From: Pseudolabrys sp.
GTDB taxonomy: Bacteria; Pseudomonadota; Alphaproteobacteria; Rhizobiales; Xanthobacteraceae
Assembly (NCBI GenBank): GCA_035538755.1
Contig: DATLJR010000508.1
Span: 10,151-74,150, forward strand
Direction of reading: 5' to 3'
Length of the DNA: 64,000 nt
Positions 1 through 11,058 of the stretch are shown piece after piece (within the stretch, counting starts at the first letter, position 1; every line of letters begins with the position of its first letter). The position numbers were made by a program, and so were the translations under genes. The notes below the pieces were generated by a model, which did not search any database, was not told the origin of the DNA, and saw nothing but the letters and a program-made list of their open reading frames with translations.

Positions 1-530
1 TCAAGAAAGTGGAGGGCGAAGTCGGGCCGGTCGAAGTGCTGGTCAACAACGCTGGCATTACCCGCGATGCCATGTTTCATCGCATGAAGCCCGAACAATG
101 GACCGCCGTCATCAATACGAATCTCGGCTCGCTGTTCAACATGTGCCGGCCGCTCATCGAAGGCATGCGCGACCGCAAGTTCGGTCGCATCATTAATATC
201 TCTTCGATCAACGGCCAGAAGGGCCAGATGGGACAAGCGAACTACTCGGCCGCAAAAGCTGGCGAGCTTGGCTTCACCAAGGCCCTGGCCCAGGAAGGGG
301 CACGATCTGGCATTACGGTGAACGCAATCTGCCCGGGCTACATCAATACCGAGATGGTGCAGGCTGTGCCAAAAGACGTTCTGGAAAAATCGATCCTTCC
401 GCAGATTCCGATCGGCCGTCTGGGCGAGCCCGAGGAGATCGCGCGCTGCGTGGTATTCCTCGCATCAGACGAAGCGGGCCTGATCACCGGCGCGACATTG
501 AGCGCGAATGGTGGGCAATATTTCGTCTAG
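1..530 (+). CDS. phbB: Acetoacetyl-CoA reductase (SDR), 5'-truncated by window edge
   Basis: NNAGITRD, SSINGQKGQMGQANYSAAKAG (YxxxK), C-terminal SANGGQY typical of PhaB/PhbB. Confidence 0.9.
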   Translation, partial: KKVEGEVGPVEVLVNNAGITRDAMFHRMKPEQWTAVINTNLGSLFNMCRPLIEGMRDRKFGRIINISSINGQKGQMGQANYSAAKAGELGFTKALAQEGARSGITVNAICPGYINTEMVQAVPKDVLEKSILPQIPIGRLGEPEEIARCVVFLASDEAGLITGATLSANGGQYFV

Positions 531-545
531 CTTAGGCCGCCGAAC

Positions 546-887
546 GTGACGAAGGCTCTCAACGCGATCGTTGCCATCTGCTTGTTCGCGCCGGCAGCGG
601 CGACACCTGTTGCCGCACAGGACGTCGATGCGCGTTGCAAGGATGTCTACGACAAAGTCGCCTGCGGCTGTGCCCTTCAGAACGGCGGGCAAATCATTCC
701 CCCGCCGGGTGGGGTCAAGCGCGAAGGGCTGAAGCTGCGGCCGACGGAGGGCCGTGAAACGACCCAGACGCTTGATGGAGGTCGCGTCGCATTTCCAAAG
801 TACTTCAGGCGAGACGGACTGAAAATCCAGAAGAGTCGTGCGCTCGAGGGCTATATGGCGTGCATGCGCAGTAGCGGCCGCAAGTAG
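546..887 (+). CDS. Hypothetical secreted Cys-containing protein
   Basis: Signal-peptide-like N-terminus (…ATPVAA-QD), 4 Cys in mature part, fills the gap after phbB. Confidence 0.6.
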   Translation: MTKALNAIVAICLFAPAAATPVAAQDVDARCKDVYDKVACGCALQNGGQIIPPPGGVKREGLKLRPTEGRETTQTLDGGRVAFPKYFRRDGLKIQKSRALEGYMACMRSSGRK

Positions 888-900
888 CGCGAACAGGAGT

Positions 901-1135
901 TTATCGCCGCGTTTGGCCGCGCGGCGACCAGTCCCCGGGCGCGAGTTCGAATCCGGCATCGACCCGGTGCCAATGCGACCGCTCGTCGCTCGCCAGCAGA
1001 AAGAGAATCGCGGCGGAAGCGGGGCGTCCTTCAGCCTGCTGCGGGTCGAGAAAGGTTTCGCGATAGTGCCCGCCCTCCGGGCGAGGTTTGAGTCCGAGGG
1101 CGCTTATTATTTCGGGAGTGGTGGGTGAGGGTCAT
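901..1135 (-). pseudogene. Cupin (DUF985/Cupin_5-like) remnant
   Basis: Manual translation EIISALGLKPRPEGGHYRETF…ILFLLASDERSHWHRVDA|GFELAPGDWSP; frameshift after the ATG and central part of the domain missing. Confidence 0.75.
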
Positions 1136-1143
1136 GGATGCCG

Positions 1144-1911
1144 TTAAAATTTGTTCTTGCGCGCCCGAATTTCCGCGAAAACCTCAGCCGGCGGCCGACC
1201 AGCCATGCCAATTCCGGCCGCCACATTGGGCAGATCGGCGCGCAGAAAAGGGTTGGCTTTCTTTTCCTCGCCGATGGCGACCGGAATGGTCGGCTCCTTT
1301 CGTGCGATTTCCTCCTTCGCCCGCCGCTCACGTGCGGCAAGCGCCTTGTTGTTCGGCTCGATCGTGCGCGCGAATTTGATGTTCGCCTCGGTGTATTCAT
1401 GACCGCAATAAATTTCGGTGTCGTCTGGAAGATCGCGCAGTTTTACGAGCGAATGCCACATTTGGTCCGGCGTTCCTTCGATGACGCGACCACAGCCGAT
1501 CGAAAACAACGTGTCGCCGACGAATGCGAGCTTGTCTGCGTGAAACCAGTAAGCGATGTGACCGAGCGTGTGGCCCGGCGTTTCAATCACATTGGCTGAC
1601 AAGGTTCCGACTTTGACCTTGTCGCCTTGACGAACGGTTTCGTCCACTGCCGGAATTTTGGAAGCTTCGGCCGCAGGCGCCACAACGCGGCACTTGTATT
1701 TTTCCTTCAGTGGTTTGATGCCGTCGGTGTGGTCGGCGTGGTGATGCGTGACCAGAATGTCGGTCAATTTCCACCCTGTGGCCTTCAGTGCGGCCTCAAT
1801 GGGCGCCGCCTCTGGCGCGTCGATACTAGCAGTGGCGCCGCTGGCGGGGTCATGCAGCAGCACCCCGAAGTTGTCAGATCGGCAGAGAAAAAGACGGGTT
1901 TCCGCTGGCAT
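1144..1911 (-). CDS. gloB: Hydroxyacylglutathione hydrolase (glyoxalase II)
   Basis: THHHADHTDG metallo-beta-lactamase motif, TPGHT, GDTLF, CGHEYT. Confidence 0.95.
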   Translation of the reverse strand: MPAETRLFLCRSDNFGVLLHDPASGATASIDAPEAAPIEAALKATGWKLTDILVTHHHADHTDGIKPLKEKYKCRVVAPAAEASKIPAVDETVRQGDKVKVGTLSANVIETPGHTLGHIAYWFHADKLAFVGDTLFSIGCGRVIEGTPDQMWHSLVKLRDLPDDTEIYCGHEYTEANIKFARTIEPNNKALAARERRAKEEIARKEPTIPVAIGEEKKANPFLRADLPNVAAGIGMAGRPPAEVFAEIRARKNKF

Positions 1912-2036
1912 TGGCGTTATTCCTGATTGACGTTTCGAGCAGAAATTAACCGTACCACGCCGATGTATGGGCGTGCACCTTCGTCCGGTTCCTCACGTTA
2001 GCGTTTTGCTACGGCGTTTCATGATAGTTTTGTGGC

Positions 2037-2768
2037 ATGTCGATCGACGTTGTGGATCTTCGCAATTTCTACGGCCAGCGGCTGGGGGTCGTTGCCCGCC
2101 GATTCATCGGCCGTGGCATCCGCTCGTTATGGGGCAACACCGCGGGCCAACGCGTGCTTGGTATCGGTTACGCCACGCCTTACCTGGGTCTATTTCGCGA
2201 GGAAGCCGAACGCTGTTTCGCGCTCATGCCGGCGGGGCAGGGTGTGGTGAAATGGCCCACGTCGCGTCCCGCATTGTCGGCGCTGGTCGATGAAAACGAA
2301 TTGCCGCTCGCTGATTCAGCAATAGATCGTGTGATGCTTGTGCATGCGCTTGAAATGACCAACGACCCGGGTGCGCTGTTGCGCGAGGTGTGGCGGGTGC
2401 TTGCCTCCGGCGGACGCTTGCTCGCCGTAGTGCCAAACCGGCGAGGTCTTTGGGCGCGAATGGATACGACGCCGTTCGGGCACGGCCGGCCTTATTCGCG
2501 CAGCCAGATCAATCAGCTCTTGCGGGAGACCTGGTTTACTCCAACCGGGTGGAGCGAAGCTCTTTACGTGCCGCCCGTTGAACGCGGCTGGTTCCTGCGA
2601 TCGGCGGTTGCGTGGGAGCGGACCGGTGCGACGCTGTCCGCGCCATTTGCGGGAGTGCATCTGGTTGAGGCAACCAAGCAGGTCTATCGCGCGATCCCGG
2701 CGCGCCGCGAGAAGCGACGACTGGTGCCCGCGCTGGAGCCCGCACTGGCGCCGTCACCAGGCGCGTAG
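2037..2768 (+). CDS. Class I SAM-dependent methyltransferase (Methyltransf_11-like)
   Basis: VLGIGYATPYL, LREVWRVLASGGRLL; divergent from gloB as is usual in Alphaproteobacteria. Confidence 0.85.
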   Translation: MSIDVVDLRNFYGQRLGVVARRFIGRGIRSLWGNTAGQRVLGIGYATPYLGLFREEAERCFALMPAGQGVVKWPTSRPALSALVDENELPLADSAIDRVMLVHALEMTNDPGALLREVWRVLASGGRLLAVVPNRRGLWARMDTTPFGHGRPYSRSQINQLLRETWFTPTGWSEALYVPPVERGWFLRSAVAWERTGATLSAPFAGVHLVEATKQVYRAIPARREKRRLVPALEPALAPSPGA

Positions 2769-2837
2769 AGCAAACGTCATCAGTTTTGCAGGCGGCTGAA
2801 ATTCTCGCTTGCGCAGGAACGAGCGGCGATCGTCGGC

Positions 2838-3659
2838 CTACTCAGGCTGACGTGGCTCATCGCCGCCGCCTTCGTCTTGTGCCGATTGCGGGGCCGCGCC
2901 TTGCTGATGGCCGCCGCCGTAGTCAGGCCGATCCTGTCGGTAACCACCACCACCACCACGGTGGCGGCGCCGACGGCGATGCATGCCGAAGCGGTCCTGG
3001 TTGCGATCGCCTTGGTTGCGATCACCCTGGTTGCGATCGCCCTGGTTGCGATCGCCTTGGTCGTGACCGTTCTGCCCGGAGTTTTGTTGCGGCTGACCGC
3101 CGCCGGTTATGAATGCCGGCAAGCCACCGACATCCTGCCCGCCTTCATGTCCCCCTTGATTCGGATGATACGGCTGCGGCTGATGCTGCTGGCGATTGTG
3201 GACTTGTTGGTCGCGCGGTGGAAATGGTTGAGCATCGCGAGGGAGATATGGCTGCTGCTGAGGTTCGCGCGGCGCATAGCTCGGTTCATTCTGGCCCATG
3301 AAAGTTTGGCCATCGTCATCGTCGCCGTCGAAACTCTCGTCGTTCCCTTGCTGGTGCTGCCCGCCGGGTGCGCCCTGTTGAGGCTGCTGATTGTAGTAGG
3401 GGTTCTGCTGGCGGAATTGTTCCTGCGCGGCGGCAATAAGACGGAAATAATGCTCGGCGTGCTGGTAGTAATTCTCGGCGGCAACCGGATCGCCGGAGCC
3501 CTGGGCGTCACGCGCAAGCTGGATATATTTTTCTGCAATGTGCGAAGCCGTGCCGCGAATTTTAACGTCAGGGCCGTTTGATTCGTAAACACGCGTCAGC
3601 GGATTTTGACTTTTGCGGTGGTTACCGCGTCCCCGCATGCGCTTCTGACCGTTTCTCAT
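2838..3659 (-). CDS. DUF4167 domain protein with low-complexity C-terminus
   Basis: YESNGPDVKIRGTASHIAEKYIQLARDA…AENYYQHAEHYFR motif. Confidence 0.9.
   Translation of the reverse strand: MRNGQKRMRGRGNHRKSQNPLTRVYESNGPDVKIRGTASHIAEKYIQLARDAQGSGDPVAAENYYQHAEHYFRLIAAAQEQFRQQNPYYNQQPQQGAPGGQHQQGNDESFDGDDDDGQTFMGQNEPSYAPREPQQQPYLPRDAQPFPPRDQQVHNRQQHQPQPYHPNQGGHEGGQDVGGLPAFITGGGQPQQNSGQNGHDQGDRNQGDRNQGDRNQGDRNQDRFGMHRRRRRHRGGGGGYRQDRPDYGGGHQQGAAPQSAQDEGGGDEPRQPE
2996..3060. repeat. 15-bp coding tandem repeat, about 4.3 copies (GDRNQ)
   Basis: cctggttgcgatcgc / cttggttgcgatcac / cctggttgcgatcgc x2 / cttgg. Confidence 0.9.
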
Positions 3660-4046
3660 GTGCCTGTTATCGCCTTTTTGCCTGTCCCGGCTTTACCCGC
3701 CGACCTCAACCCGATTTGCAAGTCCATACACTCTCATTGCGCGGCCGGACCCGCATTTGTTGTCCGCGCCAATGATCGAACCGTTGTGTTTCTTTATCGC
3801 GTTAGTCGCAGCAACCCCTTAGCCGCGTTATTTCCGCGGCGTTGCCAAGCACTCTCGTTACGCGCATCTTCCCAGGTTTCGAAAAATGATGGCCCAACCG
3901 GTGAAGCATCCAGACCCATCTCTAGCGAATGTGTTTGCCGTCTATACGAAGTCGGCTCTTCGTCATCCGCCTTGCGCCGAACCACACAGAACATCAGCTC
4001 TGGGGCTCACGGCGATGCAACCGTCACGGGTCGATTCCGTGACTGG

Positions 4047-4075
4047 AACCTAGTCGTTTCCGTGGAATAATCCAA
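4047..4075 (-). promoter_or_regulatory. Putative sigma70 promoter for the DUF4167 gene
   Basis: Minus strand TTGGAT-N17-TAGGTT. Confidence 0.4.
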
Positions 4076-4132
4076 GAGGTTTTTTCGGTACAAAGAGCAC
4101 TGCAATTTTCATCGGGTGGGAATGCAACTCGC

Positions 4133-5020
4133 TCATGGCACGAAACCTGCGCCGAGTACACGCGGTGTTCCAGTTAAGTCACTGCGTGCAACCCCAACCG
4201 CAAGTCCCGCATTGGTAAATATTTTGCGCACATTGGGTTCCTGTCCTGCACCCAATTCCACGAATAGTCGTCCGCCCTGTGCCAAAAGCCGTTTTGCATC
4301 CGCCGAAATGGAACGGTAGGCAGCCAGACCGTCGTCGCCGCCGTCGAGTGCCATCATTGGGTCGTAATCCCGCACCTCCGGCGCGAGAGAGGCAATATCG
4401 CCGCGCGCGACATAAGGAGGATTCGAAACCACCAGATCGAATTGACCCTCGACGCCGGCAGCCATGTCGCAGGAAATCAGGCTGCACCGGCCTTCGAACC
4501 CGAATTGGGTGACATTGATCTGTGCCGCTTCCAGAGCCGCGCGGCTGATATCGGTGCCAATTCCCGTAGCGTTCGGGAGTTCGTTTAAGAGCGCCACAAG
4601 CAAAGCCCCCGAGCCGGTACCGATGTCGAGTATACGCAGCTTTTCCATGCGCAGACCGCCGCGCACGACGAAATCCAGCGCACCTTCGACCACGGTTTCA
4701 GTCTCCGGTCGTGGCACCAGAACGTCCGGCGTAACCGCAAGCGCAAGACTCCAGAATTCCTTTCTTCCAAGAATGCGTGATACCGGCTCGCGTTTCAGTC
4801 TGCGCGCGGCTAGTCCAGATATCGCGTTGACTTCGCGAGCTTCCAAAACGCGATCCGTCTGACTGATCAAGCGGGCACGATCAAGATGCAGCGCGTGACC
4901 AGCCAGCACACGGGCGTCGACGTCAGCATCCTCGATGCCGGCGGTATGGAACGCATGGGCAACCAGCTGCAGTGCCCGGGAAAGAGAGGCTCCGTCCTTC
5001 AGTCCCGGAATAATTCTCAC
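4133..5020 (-). CDS. prmC: Release factor glutamine methyltransferase
   Basis: [20 protein letters not shown]; downstream of prfA. Confidence 0.95.
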   Translation of the reverse strand: MRIIPGLKDGASLSRALQLVAHAFHTAGIEDADVDARVLAGHALHLDRARLISQTDRVLEAREVNAISGLAARRLKREPVSRILGRKEFWSLALAVTPDVLVPRPETETVVEGALDFVVRGGLRMEKLRILDIGTGSGALLVALLNELPNATGIGTDISRAALEAAQINVTQFGFEGRCSLISCDMAAGVEGQFDLVVSNPPYVARGDIASLAPEVRDYDPMMALDGGDDGLAAYRSISADAKRLLAQGGRLFVELGAGQEPNVRKIFTNAGLAVGVARSDLTGTPRVLGAGFVP

Positions 5021-6099
5021 GCCGAGCCTTCGGCCGCCAGCAACTCGGCCTGATGCTCGGTGACCAGTGCGTCGATGACCTCGTCGAGAGCTTCGCCTTC
5101 GATGATCTGCGGCAGTTTGTGCAGCGTGAGATTGATTCGATGATCGGTGACGCGACCTTGCGGATAATTGTAAGTGCGGATGCGTTCCGAGCGGTCACCC
5201 GAACCGACCTGGCCACGCCGCTCGGCCGCGCGCGCGGAATCGCGTTTGGTTTTTTCGACGTCATAAAGTTTCGCACGCAGCATCGTCATCGCCTTTGATT
5301 TATTTTTGTGTTGCGATCGTTCTTCCTGTACGAATACAACGATTCCGCTCGGCATGTGCGTGATGCGGATGGCAGATTCAGTCTTGTTGACGTGCTGTCC
5401 GCCGGCGCCCTGCGCGCGCATGGTATCGATCTTGAGATCGGACTCGTTGATATGAATGTCGACATCCTCCACCTCAGGAAGCACGGCGACCGTTGCCGCC
5501 GAGGTATGGATGCGCCCAGAGGCTTCCGTGTCGGGTACGCGCTGGACGCGATGCACCCCTGACTCAAATTTAAGCTTGGCGAACACGCCACGCCCGCGCA
5601 CCTCGGCGACGATTTCCTTGAACCCACCTTTCGTGCCTTCGCTCAGCGAAAGAATCTCCGTTTTCCAGCCCTGCTTGGCGGCATAGCGTTCGTACATGCG
5701 GAAAAGATCTCCGGCGAACAACGCGGCTTCATCGCCGCCGGTACCCGCGCGGATTTCGAGGATTGCATTGTGATCGTCCATCGCATCCTTCGGCAGCAAA
5801 GCGAGACGAATCTTTTGCGTCAGGACTTCCTTGCGTTCCTGTAATTCGTGTCGTTCGTTGTCGGCAAGTTTGCGCATCTCCGCGTCCGTGTCGGAATCAT
5901 CGATCAGCGCCGAAAGCTCCGCGATTTCCTTGTCGGTGCCGCGATAGGCCTTGATCGCTTCGACGACCGGAGTGAGTTCAGCGAATTCACGCGACAACTT
6001 GACGTAGGCGTCCGGAGACAATCCGCTGGCGAGCTCACTTTCCACCAATGCATGGCGGGCCAGCAAAGCGTCCATCTTCTGTTGCGGCAGAATCGTCAA
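5017..6099 (-). CDS. prfA: Peptide chain release factor 1
   Basis: GAGGQHVN (GGQ), VQRVPDT (PxT), [15 protein letters not shown]. Confidence 0.97.
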   Translation of the reverse strand: MTILPQQKMDALLARHALVESELASGLSPDAYVKLSREFAELTPVVEAIKAYRGTDKEIAELSALIDDSDTDAEMRKLADNERHELQERKEVLTQKIRLALLPKDAMDDHNAILEIRAGTGGDEAALFAGDLFRMYERYAAKQGWKTEILSLSEGTKGGFKEIVAEVRGRGVFAKLKFESGVHRVQRVPDTEASGRIHTSAATVAVLPEVEDVDIHINESDLKIDTMRAQGAGGQHVNKTESAIRITHMPSGIVVFVQEERSQHKNKSKAMTMLRAKLYDVEKTKRDSARAAERRGQVGSGDRSERIRTYNYPQGRVTDHRINLTLHKLPQIIEGEALDEVIDALVTEHQAELLAAEGSA

Positions 6100-8363
6100 A
6101 GCTGCAATCCCTCGGCGACAGCGAAGGCCTCGAGCTTGTGGCGAATGGAAACGCTGCCGACCGGCTGCTCAAGACACGGCAGGAGGGTCTCTTCACCCTT
6201 TCGGCAATCGAGGTCTAGCAGAAGCGCTTTCACCGGCCCGACTGCGGAAGGAGTGAGGGACAACGTGCGATACCCGAGAATGGTCAGCGCCAGAGCGCCG
6301 ATCGGCTGCGAGGCGAGTTCGCCGCACAGCGTAACCGGCTTGCCGTGCTTCTTTGCCTTGTCGGCGATGTCCTTCAGCGCGCGCAAGACCGGCGCTGAAA
6401 GCGGATCGAATCGTTCGGATACGCGCGGATTGCCGCGGTCGGCCGCGTACAGGAACTGCATCAGGTCGTTGGACCCGACGGACAGAAAATCGACCCGCTC
6501 GAGCAATTCGTTGAGCTGGAACAGGAGCGATGGGACCTCGACCATCGTGCCGATCTCGACCCGTTCGGGCAATTCGTGCCCGTGCCGGCGCAGGTGCGTC
6601 AGCTCGACCTCGACCAGCGACTTTGCCTTGTCGAATTCTTCGACGACGGCGATCATTGGAAACATGAGCTTGAGGCTGCGCCCGCTCGCCGCGCGCAGCA
6701 AGGCACGCACCTGGCTGCGCAACAAACCTGGCCTGTCGAGACCAAGCCTGATCGCCCGCCAGCCCAGGGCGGGGTTTTCTTCGTCGATGTTCCGCATGTA
6801 CGGCAACACCTTGTCACCGCCGATGTCGAGCGTGCGGAAAGTAACTGGCTTTTTTCCTGCCGCATCGAGGACCGCGCGATAGAGAGCGAGCTGTTCGCCG
6901 GTGCGCGGCAAAGTGGTCGCAACCATGAACTGCAGTTCGGTGCGGAAAAGCCCGATGCCGGCTGCGCCCGTGTCCTCGATGTGCGGAAGATCAATGGTGA
7001 GCCCGGCATTGATCATCAGCGAAACCTTCTGCCCGTCCTTGGTGATGCAAGGACGATCCCGCAGCGCTCGATATTGGGCTTGCCGGCGGGCGCGGAGTTT
7101 TACGCGCTCACCATACGAAGCCTGGATGTCCTGCGGAGGACGCATATGAACGTGGCCAGTCGAGCCGTCGACGATGATGGGATCGTTCGGTTCGACCAGC
7201 CCCGTGGCATTCTCGATTTCGCCTACGGTTGGAATTCCGAGCGCGCGCGCCACGATCGAGACGTGCGAAGTCGGCCCACCTTCCTCGAGGATCAGGCCAC
7301 GCAGTCGCTTGCGATCGTAGTCTAGAAGTGCCGCAGGTCCCATGGATCGCGCAACGACAATCGCATTCTCCGGCATCTGTTCTTTCGTCGGAGCGTGATC
7401 CTGCCCCATCAGCACGCGCATCAACCGGTTGGCGAGATCATCAAGGTCGTGCAGGCGGTCGCGCAGATAGTGATCGGAGGCTCGCAGCATACGTGCACGC
7501 GTATCCGATTGTACGCGTTCGACGCCCGCTTCCGCGGTGAGACCCGTCATGACGGCCTCGCGAATTCGATGCAACCAGCCCTGATCATAAGAAAACATGC
7601 GGTAGGCTTCGAGCACGTCACGATGCTCACCACCGTCAGCGATGTCACGATGTTCGACCAGCCGGTCGAGATCTTCACGCAAGGTAGCGATCGCGGCGTC
7701 GAGCCGCTTGAGTTCGTGCTGCACGTCGTCAGCGATGACGTTGGTGACGACCACTCGTGGCTCGTGCAGCACTACGTGGCCGAGTGCGATCCCATCGGAC
7801 AGTGAACTGCCCGTGAGATGCATCGCATGTCGCGCGACCGGTTCCGCGCCGGGGCGGGCGAGCGAGGACAACTCGCCCGATGCAATCATCTCGGCGAGCA
7901 CCATCGCCGTTGTTTGCAGGGCTTCTTCTTCTTCCTCGGTATAGGTACGGCGCGCGCGGTTTTGCACGACGAGCACGCCGAGCGTATTGCCGGCCCGCAG
8001 GATCGGCACGCCCAGGAACGAATGGTAGATTTCTTCGCCGGTTTCCGCCCGATACGAGAAGGCCGGGTGTGCCTGTGCGTCGGACAGGTTGATCGGATTG
8101 GCTTCGCTGGAGACGAGGCCGACGAGGCCTTCGTCCGCCTTTAGGACCGTCTGGTGGACGGCTTCCCGTTTGAGGCCCTCGGTGGCGTATAGCTCGAGCG
8201 TTCCGTCTACGCGCAGGACGTAGACAGAGCACACCTCGGCCACCATGTTGGCGGCGATCAGAACCACCACCTTGTCGAGGCGATCCTGCGCGCTGACCGG
8301 CTCGGCCATAACCTCGCGAAGCCGGCGTAACAGCACGCGCGGACCGCCGAGCGCGCCACGCAT
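6096..8363 (-). CDS. ptsP: PEP-protein phosphotransferase EI-Ntr (GAF + EI)
   Basis: N-terminal [39 protein letters not shown]. Confidence 0.96.
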   Translation of the reverse strand: MRGALGGPRVLLRRLREVMAEPVSAQDRLDKVVVLIAANMVAEVCSVYVLRVDGTLELYATEGLKREAVHQTVLKADEGLVGLVSSEANPINLSDAQAHPAFSYRAETGEEIYHSFLGVPILRAGNTLGVLVVQNRARRTYTEEEEEALQTTAMVLAEMIASGELSSLARPGAEPVARHAMHLTGSSLSDGIALGHVVLHEPRVVVTNVIADDVQHELKRLDAAIATLREDLDRLVEHRDIADGGEHRDVLEAYRMFSYDQGWLHRIREAVMTGLTAEAGVERVQSDTRARMLRASDHYLRDRLHDLDDLANRLMRVLMGQDHAPTKEQMPENAIVVARSMGPAALLDYDRKRLRGLILEEGGPTSHVSIVARALGIPTVGEIENATGLVEPNDPIIVDGSTGHVHMRPPQDIQASYGERVKLRARRQAQYRALRDRPCITKDGQKVSLMINAGLTIDLPHIEDTGAAGIGLFRTELQFMVATTLPRTGEQLALYRAVLDAAGKKPVTFRTLDIGGDKVLPYMRNIDEENPALGWRAIRLGLDRPGLLRSQVRALLRAASGRSLKLMFPMIAVVEEFDKAKSLVEVELTHLRRHGHELPERVEIGTMVEVPSLLFQLNELLERVDFLSVGSNDLMQFLYAADRGNPRVSERFDPLSAPVLRALKDIADKAKKHGKPVTLCGELASQPIGALALTILGYRTLSLTPSAVGPVKALLLDLDCRKGEETLLPCLEQPVGSVSIRHKLEAFAVAEGLQL

Positions 8364-8452
8364 TATTGAGGTCCTCTGGCCGCAGCGTCATTACGGCCAA
8401 ATCGTGTACGAACGGCGACCGTACGATTATGGATCGGCGGGCCGCTTATGTG

Positions 8453-9015
8453 TCAGGCTATAGCCAATGGGCCATGCAAGGGGCAAGCCAAAGCGCTGTT
8501 GGGTTTCGGCACGTGCACCCCAGAGTCGGCCCCACCATCCCCATAAGGCCGCACAGACACTGAGCCCCAGATCGCCCAGAGCAGGATCAGGATAGCGAGT
8601 TCGCTGGCAGTGCAGGTCTGCCCATCAATGCAGCGTCTTGAAAGGGGGCCGGCAAGGGCGAGCGTCGCGAGAAAGATCGAATACAGGATGAAGCCCGCAA
8701 GCAGATAGGCCGCAATCGCGGCTGCGCGCCGGACCGGTGAGGGCATGACCTGCGGTGTCGGCGGATCCCGCCGAGGCCTGAAATGGTAGGGTTTCGACTT
8801 GGTCAGGTCCCTCATCTGGACCGTCGAGCGGGTCAGAAGGTCGTGAACGGCCTGATGACGGGATGTCATCACCATTGCCAGGAATGAGTACCAGCCCAGC
8901 AACGATTTGATGATCATGCGGCCGAAGGGCTTGATGAAGCTGACATTGCCGCCACGGTCGTCGACTACCCACATGTTGCACAGGTAGTGGCCGATCGTGC
9001 CGCCGGCCAGAACGC
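8453..9015 (-). pseudogene. RDD-family membrane protein remnant (5' part lost)
   Basis: GGTIGHYLCNMWVVDD…RHQAVHDLLTRSTV RDD C-terminal motif; no N-terminal half; frameshift near 3' end. Confidence 0.6.
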
Positions 9016-9019
9016 ACAC

Positions 9020-9260
9020 ACATGCAATGTATGCGTGCAGCCATCGCCGATCGCATAAGGCAGGATGGTCAATTCTTCAAATGCTTGGCTTTGAGAATTT
9101 CGAATTGCTCGGGCAGCGGCGCGAAACCGATCAGCGATCCGATGTCGCGGTCCAGCAACGGTTGGCAAAGTTCGGTATGCCCGATGTTGCTCGCGCCGAT
9201 ATTGACGACCGCCGCACGCCTTGTCGGCGTCAGTAACTCAAGGAGTTTGTCGTCAGCCAT
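9020..9260 (-). pseudogene. FkbM-family methyltransferase N-terminal remnant
   Basis: AAVVNIGAS…LIGFAPLPEQ then frameshift to TILPYAIGDGCTHTLHVC, ending at the RDD remnant. Confidence 0.6.
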
Positions 9261-9263
9261 CGC

Positions 9264-10517
9264 TCAGATCTTGTCCAGTCCGTAGAGCGTATGCAACGTG
9301 CGTACGGCCAGATCGGTTTGGGTGGCCTTGATCAGCACGGAGAATTTTATCTCTGACGTTGTGATCGCAAGGATGTTGATCTTCTGCTCGGAGAGGGCCT
9401 TGAATGCCTTTGCCGCGACTCCGGCGTGGCTGCGCATGCCAATGCCGATGACGGACACCTTGGCGACATCGGTCGCGCCATCCAGCCGCTCAAAGCCGAT
9501 GGCATTCCTTGCCTTGTCGAGAGTGACACGAGCACGCTCGTAGTCGGCGGATGGGACCGTAAAGGTCAGGTCGGTCGTGGCGCCATCCGCGGACACGTTC
9601 TGCACGATCATGTCGACATTGATGTTGTTGTCGGCGAGCGGACCGAAAATCGCGGCGGCGACTCCCGGCTTGTCCTGCACCCGACGAAGCGAGATCTGCG
9701 CCTCGTCCTTGGAAAAGGCGATCCCGGTGACGACTTGCTGTTCCACGATGTCTCCTTCGTCGCAAATAAGCGTGCCTGATGGCGGCTTTGTGGGGTTGAT
9801 ATCCTCCGGCTTCTCGAAACTGGAGCGCACAAAGATCCGCACATTGTGCACCATCCCGAGTTCGACCGAACGCACTTGCATGACCTTGGCGCCGAGAGAC
9901 GCAAGCTCGAGCATTTCCTCATACGCGATCTTGTCCATCCGGTGGGCCTTGGGGACCACGCGCGGATCGGTCGTGTAAACGCCGTCCACGTCGGTGTAGA
10001 TGTCGCAACGCTCGGCGCCGATGGCGGCCGCGATCGCGACCGCCGACGTGTCGGACCCGCCGCGGCCAAGCGTGGTGACGCGCCCGGTTTCCTTATGCAT
10101 GCCCTGGAAACCGGCAATGACCGCGACCTGGTTGTAGTCCTTAAAGCGTTTGATCAGTTCGGCACCGTTCACATCGAGGATGCGAGCCGAGCCGTGTGCG
10201 TTGTCGGTCAGGATCGGCAGTTGCCAGCCTTGCCACGAGCGCGCATTGACGCCCATTCCCTCGAGAACGATCGCGAGAAGTCCGGCAGTGACCTCTTCGC
10301 CGGTGGCCACGACTGCGTCGTATTCACGCGCGTCATGCAGCATTGCTGCCTGCCAGCACCATTCAACCAGTTGATTGGTAACTCCCGCCATCGCGGAAAC
10401 GACGACGGCCACATCGTAGCGCGCATCGACCTCGCGCTTGACGTGCCGCGCCACGTTGCGGATGCGGTCAAGGTCGGCGACGGATGTTCCGCCGAATTTC
10501 ATCACCAGTCGAGCCAT
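9264..10517 (-). CDS. lysC: Aspartate kinase
   Basis: MARLVMKFGGTSV, TTLGRGGSDTSA, two ACT domains; start moved to ATG at 10517. Confidence 0.96.
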   Translation of the reverse strand: MARLVMKFGGTSVADLDRIRNVARHVKREVDARYDVAVVVSAMAGVTNQLVEWCWQAAMLHDAREYDAVVATGEEVTAGLLAIVLEGMGVNARSWQGWQLPILTDNAHGSARILDVNGAELIKRFKDYNQVAVIAGFQGMHKETGRVTTLGRGGSDTSAVAIAAAIGAERCDIYTDVDGVYTTDPRVVPKAHRMDKIAYEEMLELASLGAKVMQVRSVELGMVHNVRIFVRSSFEKPEDINPTKPPSGTLICDEGDIVEQQVVTGIAFSKDEAQISLRRVQDKPGVAAAIFGPLADNNINVDMIVQNVSADGATTDLTFTVPSADYERARVTLDKARNAIGFERLDGATDVAKVSVIGIGMRSHAGVAAKAFKALSEQKINILAITTSEIKFSVLIKATQTDLAVRTLHTLYGLDKI

Positions 10518-10674
10518 GACAGTCCCGGATGCACCGAAAACGTTAACAAACAATCGGTGCAAGCGCGCAAGGTTCGAGCGCCGGCCCGAAAAGGCGCGTA
10601 TACATACCGGCGGTGTGCGACAACCGCAACATCAGCGCTGCAGCACCGGTCTAGCCTCGAAGAACCATGGCTAA

Positions 10675-11035
10675 ATGAAGCGATACATCGATCATATCCT
10701 GCAGCCAGGCGAGACGGTGGCGACCACTTTGCACTGGGTGGTGTATCTGCCGGCGATAGGCCTCTGGCTATTGGCCTTCATAGCCCTGACGGTGGGTGGA
10801 TTGGTCGCAATTGTCTGCGCGCTGGTTGGTCTTGGTCTCGCCTTCAGCGCGTGGTTTCGACGCTGGACAACGGAAATCGACGTGACCGACAGAAAGCGTG
10901 GATGTTGATCAGTCGATACTGGGATGTATGCTTAATTACGGCGACATCACGATCCGCGGAACGGGCGTGGGCATCGAGCCGCTGCATAATATCGATGCGC
11001 CGCTCGAATTCCGAAATAAGGTGACGGCCCGCTGA
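10675..11035 (+). pseudogene. bPH_2 (bacterial PH domain) membrane protein, frameshifted with internal deletion
   Basis: MKRYIDHILQPGET…WFRRWTTEIDVTDR then another frame [47 protein letters not shown]. Confidence 0.8.
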
Positions 11036-11058
11036 CTTTGCGACCACCGGAGAGAGTT

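Noticed and set aside
2877-3581. 234-aa ORF with VAIAL repeats
   Set aside because: Antisense shadow of DUF4167 and its GDRNQ repeat.
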